Below are positions 13,607 to 28,055 of a stretch of DNA of 64,000 bases, one piece after another. The stretch's first letter is position 1; every line of letters begins with the position of its first letter. Source of the DNA: Octopus vulgaris (Eukaryota); the NCBI GenBank assembly GCA_951406725.2, contig OX597825.1:64232001-64296000 (forward strand). The letters are read 5' to 3'. The notes beneath the pieces were generated by a model. It saw only the letters and a program-made list of their open reading frames with translations. It ran no database searches and was not told where the DNA came from. The translations under genes were made by a program, and so were the position numbers.

Positions 13607-14860
13607 CAGGGGTTGGACAAAATAATAGAAACACCTTAAAATTTTAAACGAATTTATTTTACTATGGGGTATACCGCGTTTGGCAGTAATTACAGCTTGA
13701 ATTCTACGAGGTATGGACTCGAACAAAGTTTGAATTTTGTCCAAAGGATTTACTACATTCTTCAGCTAAAACAGTCTCTAGTTCTTGTAGTGATGATGGT
13801 GGATGATATCGTGTCCTTACTTGTTTTTCTAAAATGCACAATAAATGTTCATTAAAATTGTTAGATCTGGAGACTGTGGTGACCAGGTAAGATGTTCAAC
13901 TTCACTAGTCAGTAACAACTTTAGCTGTGTGAATTGGTATATTATCATCCTGGAAGATTGCGTTTCCCTCCGGAAACATTTCCGCAAACATAGGATTAAT
14001 TTGATCAGATAAAATGCTTAAATAGTGTTTACTGTTAATTCTGCCATGAATGGAAACCACTGGGCCGGCGGATTTCCAAGATATGCCCCCCCCCGCTCCG
14101 CCACGGTCATCACAGATCCTCCTCTATGTTTAACAGTTGAAAGAAGGCAATCTGAGTCAAATGCTTCTTTTGACTGTCTCCATATGTATACTGGGTTGGT
14201 GGTCGAAAATAAAGTATAGGATGACTCGTCCGAGAAAATAACACCTTTCCACTGCTCTAGGGACCAATTCTGTAGGTTTTTACTTCACTCTAAACGCTTT
14301 GCACGTTTGTTTTTGAAAGTAGTGTTTTTCTGATTGCAACCCCCGTGAAACCCGGCTTTGTGCAGCTCCCGGTGATCAGTTTTTGCAGAAATTGGGTTCG
14401 CGAGAGGTGGTCATTAAGCTCTGATGTATTGTGGGGGGGGGCTGTACTTTGCGATTCTTTCTAACAATTCGCGTAAGAGTCCAACGGTCCTATCTGAAAA
14501 TTTTGTTATTCTTCCGGAGTTTTATTTGAACGAGGAGGTTTTTCCCTCTTTCTCAAAGGCTGTCATTACTTTCGAGACAGTACTTCTTGATACACCAAAC
14601 ATTTCGGCTGCTTTAGATACGCTAGCGCCTGTCATACGAGCACCAACAAGTGGACCTTTTTGAACGTCTGATAGATCTATCATTTTAATGAATTTTAATT
14701 ACCTTTTTCTGATGATATCTGAAAAGAAGCAGCAATTGTAGCAAAGCATATTAAGCAACACTAATGATAAATCAATAAACAAGCTTTTGACGATTTTATA
14801 GATATTTCAAAATTATGATTCTACGATGCTAGGCATTTCCATTATTATGTCCAACACCTG
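13607..14860 (-). mobile_element. Tc1-family DNA transposon, decayed
   Basis: TA-flanked ~30-bp TIRs CAGGGGTTGGACAAAATAATAGAAACACCT / AGGCATTTCCATTATTATGTCCAACACCTG; minus-strand transposase from 14683 MIDLSDVQKGPLVGARMTGASVSKAAEMFGVSRSTVSKVM, with VIFSDES, FQDDNIPIH and WSPQSPDL motifs; frameshifted. Confidence 0.93.
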
Positions 14861-15269
14861 TATTACACCAATTTGTTTTTCGCCACGTACACTGATTACA
14901 TGCAGTTAAATGTAAATGACCTTTAACAAATATTACATTAAAAATGGTGATATTCTTCAAAAACATTATTTACCAAGAGCGTGCAGACGCATGGCCCCCA
15001 GTGGTGCAGATATTTTTCTTCTAAACAATTATTGAGATTATTTATAAATTAAAATCTCAACCAATTTCGTATATTTCTTAATCCAACAAAGTTTAGACAA
15101 ACGTAATCAAACTTCAAAGAAACTACATAAGATTGTAAACAGCATTTTTTCTTTCGTAAATGATTAGAATCATTTATTAATTTAAATATATAATGCTGTT
15201 CGAATCAATATTTATAAATGAAATATGTATATTTTGGGCCCAATATTTAGCTGCAGTATCTATTGAAAT

Positions 15270-15617
15270 GGGACGGAAGCACTCCGTCGGTTACGACGAC
15301 GAGGGTTCCGGTTGATCCGAATCAACGGAACAGCCTGCTCGTGAAATTAACGTGTAAGTGGCTGAGCATTCCACAGACACGTGTACCCTTAACGTAGTTC
15401 TCGGGGATATTCAGCGTGACACAGAGAGTGACAAGGCCGGCCCTTTGAAATACAGGTTCAACAGAAACAGGAAGTAAGAGTGAGAGAAAGTTGTGGTGAA
15501 AGAGTACAGCAGGTGTTTTCGCTCAATAAACACTCACAACGCCCAGTCTGGGAATCGAAACCGCGATCCTACGACCGCGAGTCCGCTGCCCTAACCACTG
15601 GGCCATTGCGCCTCCAC
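15270..15617 (-). mobile_element. SINE family A (tail 1) with internal deletion
   Basis: TSD CTATTGAAAT at 15260-15269 and 15618-15627; lacks about 43 bp of core relative to the copy at 12248. Confidence 0.92.
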
Positions 15618-15628
15618 CTATTGAAATA

Positions 15629-15834
15629 CAGGGATGGCCATAAGTCACTTTACCCATTTCTTATAATAATAAACACAAAATACCAAATGATTTATAAACA
15701 AAAAATGGTAACAATTACATCTTATTGTCAAATTAAATTTTGTCTTTAAACAGAATGACGTTTGTGCTATTTTTAGCTATTACATTTGTGTATTTCCACT
15801 TTACTGCTTTATAGGCGACTTATAGCCATTCCTG
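15629..15834. mobile_element. Tc1/mariner-type MITE
   Basis: TA|CAGGGATGGCCATAAGTCAC .. GCGACTTATAGCCATTCCTG|TA imperfect TIRs. Confidence 0.8.
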
Positions 15835-16974
15835 TACTTCATTATTCGAATTACACCTAATGATACAATTTCTGTTCTGTTTTTCTTTCTTTTTTTTTTT
15901 GTCGGTATCTTAAAGCATAGCATAAATGGTTTCAATTATTTTTAAGTCTTAGAGATGTTTGCTCATTAATTAGTTTTTTTTTTCTCATTTCACGGTCCTT
16001 TGAATAGTATTGGGTCTGCTGAATACTGGTGAATGAAATCTGAGCACTAGTTTAACTTATTGCCTTCCTTTCATTAAGTGATCATTACCTTCCTTTCGTG
16101 AAGTGATCTAAATCTCAAAATAAATTATAATGGAAGAGAAGCAAAAACTATTGAACTTATGGTGTATGACTCGGGCATGTTAACTAATTTCGATGTAAAC
16201 AAAGAAAATTCTAAAAGAGTTTTGAAACTAATACATCTATTCCAAACCAAAACAAACGAAACTAATATGCCTCGCAACATATTTTCAGTGCGGATGGTCG
16301 TCAATAACCAATTTACTGAATATTTTCCAAAAGATTGAATTCGTCACTAAACGACTCTGATTGTCATACAATTTCTAAAATTGTATTACAATTCAATTTT
16401 GAAGCATTAATTTTTCACTATTTTCCGGACCTGAGCAGAGATCTCGAAATTTAATTGGAATCTCTAAATATTTTATATATTCTAGATTCACATATAAAAT
16501 TATTGAAATTAATACATTACATAATTATTTCACTATAGTATGACACAATGAAGATCATCTCGATAAAGCGGTGGCAGGTATGCTAATCAATGTATTTTAG
16601 ATTTCTAATCCCATTATCACGATATAAACTTGCTACAATTGTTTAACATTTTGTCGCTGGTTTTATACGATGTGCTATAAAAAGACTTCATAAAACTGCT
16701 TCTCATATAGCTATAGTTCTCCACAAAGGCAGTAAATAACCGATCAGCCATTGTTTCTTTAGTTCGTGTCGCTGTTTGACAAAGGGGAGAGCAATAGGAC
16801 CACATACCTATGTGAACTCGGGTTTCTGTATTGTTTTAGCCATGAAAATAATGTCACTTTTCTAATTAGGCGAGGGACTACTGCAGCGTGAAGTGAAGTG
16901 TTTTCCGTGATGAACACAACGCACCACCCAGTCAGGGTATTGAATCCACGATCTAGCAACCGCATGACTACTAG

Positions 16975-17163
16975 GCAACACGGCCTAGTGGCATAACATG
17001 GGATACGGCTAGCCCTTTGAAATATAGGTTCTTTTCACTTTTTCCTGTCAGTGTTCTGAAAGAAAAAGGGAAATAAAGCGTTTTGTTCAATGCTCTGGTC
17101 GGTATCGAACTCTCGACCATGTGATTGTGAGTCGAATACCCTAAAAACTTGGCCACACGCCTT
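16975..17163 (-). mobile_element. old SINE related to family A
   Basis: GCCCTTTGAAATATAGGT and TCGAACTCTCGACCATGTGATTGTGAGTCGAATACCCTAA match the family A core and head. Confidence 0.6.
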
Positions 17164-17181
17164 GACGTGTATATGCGTGTG

Positions 17182-17263
<82 letters not shown>

Positions 17264-17304
17264 CATATATATATGTATATATTCATATATATATATATAT
17301 ATGT

Positions 17305-17335
<31 letters not shown>

Positions 17336-17600
17336 GCATACATGCATGTATGTATCCATCCAAACATAAATACATACATACATACATACATACATACATA
17401 CATACATACATACATACATACATACATACATACATTGTATTTGTATATATGTATGTGCGTATGCTCGTATAATCTTATATTCTACGCTGAAAACATCTAA
17501 ACCACTTATTAATCATTTACGAAAAACTGAAGTGAGTTATAGGTACAGACAGAGCTCTTTGGTAATATGTGTGTGTATCTTCTCTCGCCCTCTCTCTCCC

Positions 17601-17675
<75 letters not shown>

Positions 17676-18885
17676 GCCTATCTGTCTGTTTATCTATCAG
17701 TCAGTCAATCTATTTATATGCGTTTCTCCCCCAGTGTCGGTTTGTTTGCCTTCCCGTACTTAGCAGTTCACTAAAAAAACAAAAGAAATGAGATGTTGTT
17801 GAAATAAATCCTGGGATTGATTTCTTCAAGAATATGCCTATCCTTGGCCATAAAGCAGATGAGAGAAATAAGTAAATGATAAAAGATATAAGATAGGGAG
17901 CGAAGCAATGACATTTGGCAATGTTCACAAACAGAACATTGCTAAAAACTACAATGATATTTCGTATGTAATTTAAGAATGCAAAGGTTAATATCAAAGA
18001 ATATGAGTATAAAAAAGATATCAATGAATATGAAAACATATCATTCAATTTCCTATTTATATATTGTTATTGATGGTGTTGTATATGTGGAATTCTAGCA
18101 TACAAAATTAATTAAACCGTTTTGGTTTTGGTCTCAAATTCAGTTTGAAACGGCTTCCCTTGAATTGCATAAACAATGCTTTTGTGTAAATAACCACGTC
18201 AGCAATTCATATCAACAAGAAATAACAAATTTTACGCTTAGATATGAAATCACTATAAATTATGCCTTTGTTGCTGCTTCAAAATTTCAGGAGGTTATGA
18301 CATTCTCGTAAACCATTATATTAAAGATTATATAGAAACAAAATTTACGTAACCTCTTTATTTTCTGTTTGAAACGTATATGGTGATGAGAATTCTTATC
18401 ACTTGTACAAGAGAGATTCATTGTTAAGTTTGCAAGTGTTGTTTATCAAAGCATGATGACATACAGAGACGAAGAAATTCAGTATTACACTTGAGTATAA
18501 AACTTCTTCATTCTTCCAGGCTTTAAATTCTCAAGAGGAAAACATGATTAAAGATTGCTTTCAAATAAGAATTCGTCTATATTGAGAACAAGTAAAATAA
18601 ATCCATTCTATCGACACATAGAAAATGTAAATGATATGTTTTCACATTTGTCTCTGCCTCTAGCAGATAATAGTGACAGTCAGACATCTCGCCACTTAAA
18701 TACATTATAGATTATATTTGCTAACCAGTTCTACAAAGGTAGTAAATAACATTTCGATTTATCAAGAAAGCTTACTCAGAATATATATTGGAGAATAAAA
18801 CTTGAACGAATAATTTTGAATTACACACATTGACAATCACACAAATACAAGTACACATCCATTAACTCACTCACACACGCATATA

Positions 18886-18933
<48 letters not shown>

Positions 18934-19003
18934 CGTGTGTGTGTATACATGTATATATATATACATATATATATAATACATACATATGTATATATAATAT
19001 ATA

Positions 19004-19047
<44 letters not shown>

Positions 19048-19059
19048 ACTAATCAAAAT

Positions 19060-20042
19060 AATGATCATTACATACTTTTCGTTGTTAGATATTGGCTTAG
19101 AGCTGTTTCCAGTGCATTATGATATGATTACTCTATCGGTCTATTGATCTACTAAAAAGCCTAAGAAATGTAATGCTACCTTCATCAGAGCCATTTCTGG
19201 TTATAACAAACAGAGCAGTGGAGGAATGGCTGGGGTGGAGGATGGGAAATTGGGGAGATGATGGAAAGATGCAAGTAGAAAAGAGAACAGAGGAATAGAG
19301 GTTGATTGTTTTATATCTTAATTTGCTTTCATGCTAAATTTAGAAATCTTAACATAAGTCCAAATCTTAATCCGTGATCCTTTTTTATTGGTTTAAAATG
19401 AAAAACAAAACGTGTAATCAGGTAAATCTGAATTTACATTTAACTTTCAAAACTTTAACTAGCCATCTCTCAATTTATCAGTATTAATATCCTGGCTAAT
19501 AAGAGCATTCTTGACCTCTACAATATGGTTATCACTAATATCACTTTATTTTCTAATATAATTAACCTACTATGCTAGATAGAAACAACAAAACGTTGGT
19601 CTTAAGCTGACCATGTTTATAAAACGCCCATATAAAATTTCAACACAACGGTTGGAGAATATCTAGCCTATATACAATGATAATATGGCAATATGTGTTG
19701 GCCTGACTACAAACGCTAAAGTTCCAAATTTTAGCAATACAATGCCCTCGCTTCTTCCACACCGTTGTAACTTGTCTTCCTCTGATTTCTATTCTACTTA
19801 CCTCATTCCATCTTCTACTCCCCCACTTCCTCATCCAATAGCCATTCCTTCATTGCGCTGCTTGTTATAACTAGAAATGGCTCTGATGAAAGTAGCGTTA
19901 ATTCTCTTAGGTCGTTCAATTTTCTTCAATTGATCACAAGACCGTTTGAGCACACCTATAATGAATGGTGCCTATAATGACCACTGGACTCATCTGTAAA
20001 ACAAATTATTCCAATAAAGGAAAAATATGTAATAACCATTAT
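19060..20042. repeat. inverted pair of ~240-bp diverged repeats (19060-19300 and 19780-20042)
   Basis: CCTTCATCAGAGCCATTTCTGGTTATAAC is the reverse complement of GTTATAACTAGAAATGGCTCTGATGAAAG with two mismatches; homology extends in both directions. Confidence 0.8.
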
Positions 20043-20469
20043 TTCTAAATTGTATTTTTATATATCCGTTTTTTATATATATTTATATATCAGTTTGTCT
20101 GGAGCCTATCAAAAGATTAACAAAATAGAATTGTGATGAACCATAACTTTGGGCCCTACCTCAAGATTACTTGGAGTTCTTCACTAATATCAATAATATT
20201 GTTAGCCTGGTGTGCCAGCAGAGTGCTTATGAAGTATTTTTCCCGTATTGCTTCCCCCTCATATATATATATCTGGAACTCTTCTTTACACTTCTCAACG
20301 AAAACATAACGATGTAAGAAATTTGAAAAGCTGAACGCGAAACCGGTCATTTCTTCAAAAACTATGTCATTGTATGAAAAAATTTTATAACATTCTTCTG
20401 ACATAATGACTCAAATATATATTTTTTAACCTTTTAAAACAAGCCTTCTGTAGTTTTTTCACTTTTTAG

Positions 20470-20512
<43 letters not shown>

Positions 20513-20513
20513 C

Positions 20514-20546
<33 letters not shown>

Positions 20547-21038
20547 ATAAATCCACGAGCTAACAGAAAGCAGCTGGACGGTCAAGCGGAATTTCGCGAC
20601 TTCAACGGTAATATTGTTTCCCTTCCGTTGGCACCGGCAACAAGAGGCTACCGGAAGATGATGGCCCAACGAACCAGAGGACCAAATATGAAAGACAGTG
20701 AACAAACAAACAATAAACAAACGATTATGCAATGCAGAAACTGAACATAAAATCGTGAAATAAATGTTATTGAAAACGAGACGATTACAGGACAGACGAG
20801 TGACACAGATGAAAATAACCAAGACAAAATGTGGACATAAAAACAAACTGAAGTAAATAAACGGAATACGGCCTTAGTGCCAGACAGGAGACAAACATAT
20901 AGTTAGGAACTGGACAACATAGAGACACTGAAACATGATAGGTGACTTTTGGTGTTTGTTTCCTGTTAGTTTGTGCATTTATTATATTATTAACTTATTA
21001 TATAATGGAAAGCTACGTAGTAATTAGTTTTCAGTAAG

Positions 21039-21083
<45 letters not shown>

Positions 21084-21084
<1 letters not shown>

Positions 21085-21395
21085 GAGGCGCAATGGCACA
21101 GCGATTAGGGCAGGGGACTCGCGGTCGGAGGATCGCGGTTTCGATTCCCAGACCAGGCGCTGTGTGTGTTTATTGAGCGAAAACACTTAAAAGCTCCACG
21201 AGGCTCCGGCAGGGGGTGGTGATCCCTGCTGTACTCTTTCACCACTCTTTCTCCCACTTTCTTCTGTTGGCCTGCTCGCTTAGCCAGCGGGGTGGCGTCG
21301 TACGAAGGCTAAAACAATGCGAACGCATTGTGACCAGCGATGTGTAGCAACATCTGATGGTCTGGTCAGTCACGCGATCACGTGGTCACGTGATA
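21084..21395 (+). mobile_element. SINE family A (tail 2)
   Basis: Same head and core as the 12248 copy but tail GGCCTGCTCGCTTAGCCAGCGGGGTGGCGTC..GTCACGTGAT; a second copy lies at 26797-27092. Confidence 0.9.
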
Positions 21396-22564
21396 TATAT
21401 ATATATATATATATACACTCATATATGTATGTATTTATGTGTGAGAGGAATCGGCAGAATTTTCTCAGCGCTGGAGAGAAAGTAATGTTACGCGGCAGTA
21501 ATGTTAATGGCAGGCAGCAAGATGGTGGAAATATATACCACCAAGTGCTCCTTTGTCCATTACGATCTGGTAATTTGAGTACGAATTTCGAAGTAGCAAA
21601 CACGATCTTCAGAATCCTACTAGCAATGAGAAACCTCAATTATTTAACGGAGTGAGGCATTGATCTCAGCATCACTTCGATCCCATCAATATGAATTAAT
21701 GCAGGCCTTACACCGTAGCAATATATAAGCCAGGACCGCACCTTCACCTCAAAGCAAACAATATTTGAAGCTGCAAGTTTTTAACGCACCAAGGATAATG
21801 GTTAGTTGATGTCTGTCACAAGAAAGCGATATACATAAACCGATTATCAACAAAGGTTTCAACTCAGCATTGTAAAAATGCGACAGATAAAGGTAACAAA
21901 GCCAAAATTTGTTATCAAATACATAAATGAAAAGATAGCAAATACTTTTATCATTGTTTCATCGAAGTTTCATGTTTCAAAACAAAATCCTCTACCAGAA
22001 AGATATGATGTTGAAAGAACTACACACTGTCAACCACACACACACTTACACACGAATACACGCACGCACTCATATATACATGCATAAATTCACACATATA
22101 GCAACATATATATTATATATGTATCTATGTGTGTGTGTGTGTGTGTGTGTGAACGCATGTATTTATTTATGTATCTGTATGTAAATGTGTGTGTATGTAC
22201 GTATTGAACGAGAATGTATATAACCAACATAAATATATTTATATAACTAGTAAAAGATTGAAATTATATAAACAGATACGAGCATTCAAACGTATGAAAC
22301 TGAAAGTTTCAATAGTAATGTTAAATAGCCACTGCTATAATGTGCCGAGGTATGGCAAATGAATGCACATTTCACCAGAAATCTCCAAACCTGCACTAAG
22401 GCAAATGACTCACAGATATACCAAATTTTCATATGTATATATTGTGACCAACACATTCATTCAGTTTGCTCATGAAGGTTTATTTAAGCCGGACTAGGTA
22501 GACAAACTATTAGGGGAAACGGACGCAGTCAAACAGAATTTGCTGTCTATCAATATACAACAAG

Positions 22565-23400
22565 AACCTCAGGCGGACAGCACTTTACGCAGAACGCCTG
22601 CAGTTCGAAGTAAAGTCGATTTTGGTAATCGAGATTTTAGGGTATTTCTAGAGTGTCCAGATGTTTCTTTACAGTCGGTCGTATTGAACCCAATGCTCCC
22701 ATGATAATAGGAATAAACTTTGATTCTCGCAACTGCTACAACTTTGTTATTGCAATATTCAGGTTTCCTTATTTGGTCTCCTCATTTGCCAACCTGTTTT
22801 CTTTGTTTCGTGACAATATGTTGATCTTCTGGCATAGCCACGTAAATTATTAAGTACTTTTGCTTGTCCCTTTTTAAAGACCACTTTATCCAGCCTTTGG
22901 TTCTCTGCCACCTTGTCTATGTGTGTGGAAATGAAGGTCTCTAGGTCTCTTGGGCTTCTCGTTTCCGTCCATTAATTTTTCCGATGTATGTTGCTACCAA
23001 ATTCCCGTTACTTCATATCCATACTTGCAGCAGAATAGACAGTAGAGCGTTAAACCTCCTGGTGGTGTGTGCGCTTGTATCTTTCTCCGCAAGACATTCA
23101 CAACCGCTAGCAATGTGAGACAGGCTTTCGACCTTCTTCCCACATATTCTCCGTAAGTTCTTTGGAATTGTGCGGTATATATCCTTGTCTCTGCTTTCAT
23201 AGAATGCTTGGTCCTGTGCAGCAATAATTAGTTGTTAAGTCCTGTATTTAATGTCTCTCTGGCTAAGTCACATTCATGATACTTCATGGTATTTGAAGCT
23301 GTCCATTTCACGTTGGAATTGACCATGTAATTCCATGTCAAGTAGTATTTCTTCTTCCACGTTCGTTATTCGTGATTAGAATTCATTAGCATACTCTCAA
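22565..23400 (-). pseudogene. R4/Dong-type non-LTR retrotransposon 3' relic
   Basis: Minus-strand IPIIMGALGSI and KSTLLRTAGVLRKVLS, a C-terminus homologous to 58301-58672. Confidence 0.7.
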
Positions 23401-23525
23401 CTCGAATTTGGTAAAATTTCTCTGACGTAAAAGCATACAGTAGCATGTCTCTATTCACACTTTACCTAAATCTTTGCAGTTCCGGCCATCCATACATTGT
23501 ATGTATATATATATATATATAAATA

Positions 23526-23932
23526 GGCGCAGGAGTGGCTGTGTGGTTAGTAGCGAGCTAACAAACCACATGGTTCCGGGTTCAGTCCCACTGCGTGGCT
23601 TCTTGGGCAATTGTCTTCTGCTATAGCCCCGGGCCGACCAATGCATTGTGAGTGGATTTGGTAGACGGAAACTGAAAGAAGCCTGTCGTATATATGTATA
23701 TATATATATGTATGTGTGTGTGTTTGTGCATCTGTGTTTGTTCCCCAGGCATTGCTTGACAACCAATGCTGGTGTGTTTACGTCCTCCGTCACCTAGCGG
23801 TTCGGCAAAAAGAGACCGATAGAATAAGTACTGGGTTTACAAAAAGAATAAGTCCTGGGGTCGATTTGCTCGACTAAAGGTGGTGCTCCAGCATGGCCGC
23901 AGTCAAATGACTGAAACAAGTATAAGAGTAAA
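23526..23932 (+). mobile_element. SINE family B, full length
   Basis: Pol III A/B boxes TGGCTGTGTGG and GGTTCAGTCCC, internal microsatellite, conserved tail. Confidence 0.93.
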
Positions 23933-24453
23933 ATGAGAGAGAGTGAAATTTTACCTTCATATATCTAGTTAAGCCGCTCATGTAACCATGAAGTTCAGGC
24001 CATCCAATGATACACTTTTCTTTATTTTCCCAACTTTGAGAATATTCAATTGCATAATTATTAACATACACTGATGATAACATAATGGTAACATAATTCC
24101 TTGCGTACTAACATTACTACAACACGAAAAAGTTGTAAAACGGTCGTAGTCCAACAGAAATCCCCTGCTTTAATAACTATATATTCAACGCTCAAACCTT
24201 CTGACTGTCTACTCTCATATACTCATCACTGAATAATTCTGTCCGTCGGAATTTCCGGACTTTTAGCTATACGCTTACTTGATATTACATTCCTTTGATT
24301 AATAACATGGAATGATAGCCAAATGCACTAGCACAGCTTAATGCGATCGTTGCACTATACTATATATATATATAGCTTCGTATATATATTTTCAGCTTCC
24401 TTTTTCTCTACATTTTCTCTGTTTATAACTTTATAGCCAATATAAGTCGAATA

Positions 24454-24839
24454 TCTAATATATAAAATCCGTTCTGTCTGTGTGTGCGTCTTCTAGGATC
24501 TCCGGTATCCTCCATCTGTTTGCGCTCAAATTTGATATGTAGATACCGACGGTATCAGGGCGTTTATAAGTCTTGAAAAAATTACAAAAATCGATTCCAA
24601 GTGAGAATATGATCGATAAAGCCGCGGGAACGTGCATTTCTATGCGCAAGTACATCAGCTGTTGCGACTGATACTACACGTACGCGAGGAAAATGCACGT
24701 GCAGTTTGCACAAAAAAAAAAGCCGACTGGCTTGAAATAATGCCACAATATGGGACGGTAGGACAAGTTGTTTTGAGAAAATTTGGTTTAAATGTTTGAC
24801 AACTCAGCACCGTCCGTTGGACGGGGGACGTTTTACTAA
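24454..24839 (+). mobile_element. non-autonomous Helitron
   Basis: A|TCTAATATATAAAA 5' end; subterminal GC hairpin CCGTCC-gtt-GGACGG (24810-24824); CTAA|T (CTRR) 3' end; inserted between A and T with no TSD. Confidence 0.82.
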
Positions 24840-25232
24840 TTTCTTATAATTTCATAATAGCTTAATCAAATTACTCAATACTTTAATTGATAAATGTTAA
24901 AAGGCATTAAAATCGTTATTCGTTTCACTTTATAAAATGTTTACAGTTATGTCGATATAACTCTCATCTTTTCTAAAATGTAGAAGAGTGATTACTATAT
25001 ATTTACGCTAGTATGTAGTTCCAACTAAGTATTAAATGTCCAATTGTTATTGCTTATAATGAATATATTACTAATTAAGTTTGAGAAGTAAAAGCAATCA
25101 TTATAGCATGAATCAGAACATTTTATACCCACATTATTTTCAAAGTGAACTCGCACAAATATACTCAGATATGCTCGCATGTACAACCCCAAATACATTA
25201 ATGAATGCATATATTTATTTATATATATATAT

Positions 25233-25463
25233 ATATTTCTTTACTACCCACAAGGGTCTAAACACAGAGGAGACAAACAAGGACAGACAAACGGATTAAG
25301 TCGATTACATCGACCCCAGTGCGTAACTGGTACTTAATTTATCGACCCCGGAAGGATGAAAGGCAAAGTCGACCTCGGCGGAATTTGAACTCGGAACGTA
25401 ACGGCAGACGAAATACGGCAACGCATTTCGCCCGGCGTGCTAACGTTTCTGCCAGCTCGCCTT
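25233..25463 (-). mobile_element. SINE family C (Deu/Nin-like core)
   Basis: Minus-strand GCCTTTCATCCTTCCGGGGTCGATAAATTAAGTACC core; further copies at 25583-25785(+), 30423-30625(-) and 35125-35322(-). Confidence 0.9.
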
Positions 25464-25479
25464 ATATATATATATACAT

Positions 25480-25513
<34 letters not shown>

Positions 25514-26796
25514 GTGTGTGTGTGTGTGTGTGTATGTGTGTGTGAGTGTGCATGTATATATATTATATCTTTTATTTCTATTAAGACCGCGAGCTGGTAG
25601 AAGTGTTACTGTGTCGGAAAAATGCTTAACGTGTTTGCATCCGTTTTTACGTTGAGTTGAAATTCTGCCGAGCAAGACTTTAGCTTCTATCCTTGTAGGG
25701 TCGATAAAATAAGTACCAGTAACACACTAGCGTGGCTGTAATCGACTTAACGCCTCCCCTGAAATTGCTGGTCAGTTGCCAAAATTAATTAATCAGTAGT
25801 AATTGCGCGAGTAGTCTTAGTAATCTTATTAATCAAGGATTCATAATAATAGAGACGTTACTATTTCCCATTACCATAACAGTACCAATAATGTGCTATC
25901 ACACCTCCAGTCATCCTCTTTATTTGGTGACAGAATACCTTTGCTCTGCCAGTGGTGCAGCTTATTGAAATCGTCATCATACAACTAGTGATGATACACA
26001 TGGCGTCAGCTTGCTAAAATATTGAAAAAAAATTCTGGATACTCCCACGAATAATGAGTATTATATTTCCAATATACATGGAAAGATAACAATTCAGATC
26101 TTCATGATGCACCATTCTATTACCCAGAGAAAGAATTTCCTATACGCTTGCATTCTCTCAGCGCTACGCTATGCAACATTATATAAACAATACAACGCTA
26201 CGCAGATAGAAGATAGCAATGTAGAATAATTAACTGTATGTGTAAATAAGTATAGAATAAATATTTGGCGTAGCGAAGCAATATTCTAATGCACATGATG
26301 ATATAGAAATTTTACAAAGACTTGCTAAAATTTATACATTACGAGGATTAAATGCAATATACCCAATGGAAAAAATTGTAACATTGGAATTCTCAAATCT
26401 GAAATGTATGTTTTGAAAACTAAATTAGACAGGGGTAGCGTAAAAGGAAATCATTCTTATCAAAAGAAGAAAGTGGAAACTGGGTGGTTCTAGAAAGTCC
26501 GCTGATGTGATTTGGAAGAAAATCGAATTCTGTCAGTAGCATCACAGAATAGAGCAGATTAGGTAACGTATGCTTGGTTCGGTGTACATGAGAAAGCGGA
26601 GTGGTGGCCACGGCTAGATTCATTTTGATCATGATTTTCCTTGATTTCAATGCATTTAAGATTAACGTAGCAACAGTTACTTCTGACAAAAATTTTGCGC
26701 GAGATCACATTCTACTAACGTAAAAACACACACAAACACATATACATGTATTGTGTGTGTGTGTGTGTGTGTGTGTTTGTGTGTGTGGGGGGGGGG

Positions 26797-27092
26797 GCAG
26801 GGGTTACGGCAGCGGACTCGCAGTTGTAGAATCGCTGTTTCGATTCTCAAACCGGGCGTTGTGAGTGTTTATATAGCGAAAACACCCAAAGCTCTACGAG
26901 GCTCCGTCAGGGGTTGGTGGCGATCCCTGCTGTACTCTTTCGCCACAACTTTCTCTCACACTTTCTTCTCTTGGTTTGCTCGCTTAGCCAGCGGGGTGGC
27001 GTCATTTCAAGGCTAAAACAATGCGAAGCGCATTGTGACCAGCGATGTGTAGCAACATCTGATGGTCTGGTCGGTCACGGTGATCACGGTAA
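26797..27092 (+). mobile_element. SINE family A (tail 2)
   Basis: Homologous to 21084-21395 over core and tail. Confidence 0.88.
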
Positions 27093-27787
27093 TATATATA
27101 TATATATACATAAATGTGTGCGTATATATAGAAACATATACATACACATGCACACATACACACACATAAATGGGTGCTGCAAAATAGGAGTATTAGTTAA
27201 TTATGATTTTATTCCACATATTCCATTTTCAGATTCACACACTCATTGCAGCGATCCTGTGGTTTTTCTAAGCTCTATAAAAGAACTCGGATGTTTGGGC
27301 CTCTAACGACGCCCTTACCTAAAAGCATTTCACCTCGTATGAACAAATGTGTTTACGTATGTATCCATCGCAGGAAAAATGTTATGATATGCAGGAGTAG
27401 GGATTTAGGAGAAGGAAATAAATTGAGAATATGCAAATGTAAAGAAGTTTAATAAGAAGATAAGAAATAATGCGCTCGTGGTGTTGGTGGAAGTGATGAA
27501 CATCGAGATACCATCTTACGAAAGCATTATAATATTTGATAATGATTTTCTATGAAGAGATTAAAGTTTGGAAAAGTTTACAAAACTGAGAAAATATAAA
27601 GTTCTTTCTTGGATTACCTGTTGTACTACAAGTTTAAAGAAACCAGAACGAAATCTAAGGCGGGTAATTATTCATAGAAAAAGCAAGTAAAGTCAAGAAA
27701 GGAAGGACATGAAATCCACATTTGCCTCTGATATATATATACATACATACATGCATACATACATACATACATACATACATACATACA

Positions 27788-27843
<56 letters not shown>

Positions 27844-27846
<3 letters not shown>

Positions 27847-28055
27847 CGGGAAGCTTTATGAAAATAAACAAAAGACGAAGGCAGGTGGAATACAAACAAA
27901 CAATTGTATTAGTATGGCGCTCTGGAATATAAATAAAACAAGTCTTTTACGTTTCGAGCCTACGCTCTTCAACAGAAAGATACACAGAAAAAAAAAACAC
28001 GGAAAGAAACAAGGAGAAAAAAATGCGTGCAGAAGCTAGCGAATCAACATGACCG
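27844..28055 (-). mobile_element. short TA-embedded element carrying a variant hammerhead (27943-27980)
   Basis: Minus-strand TCTTT-CTGTTGA-A-GAGC gtag GCTC-GAAA-CGT-A-AAAGA; nearly identical to 52922-53062. Confidence 0.8.
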
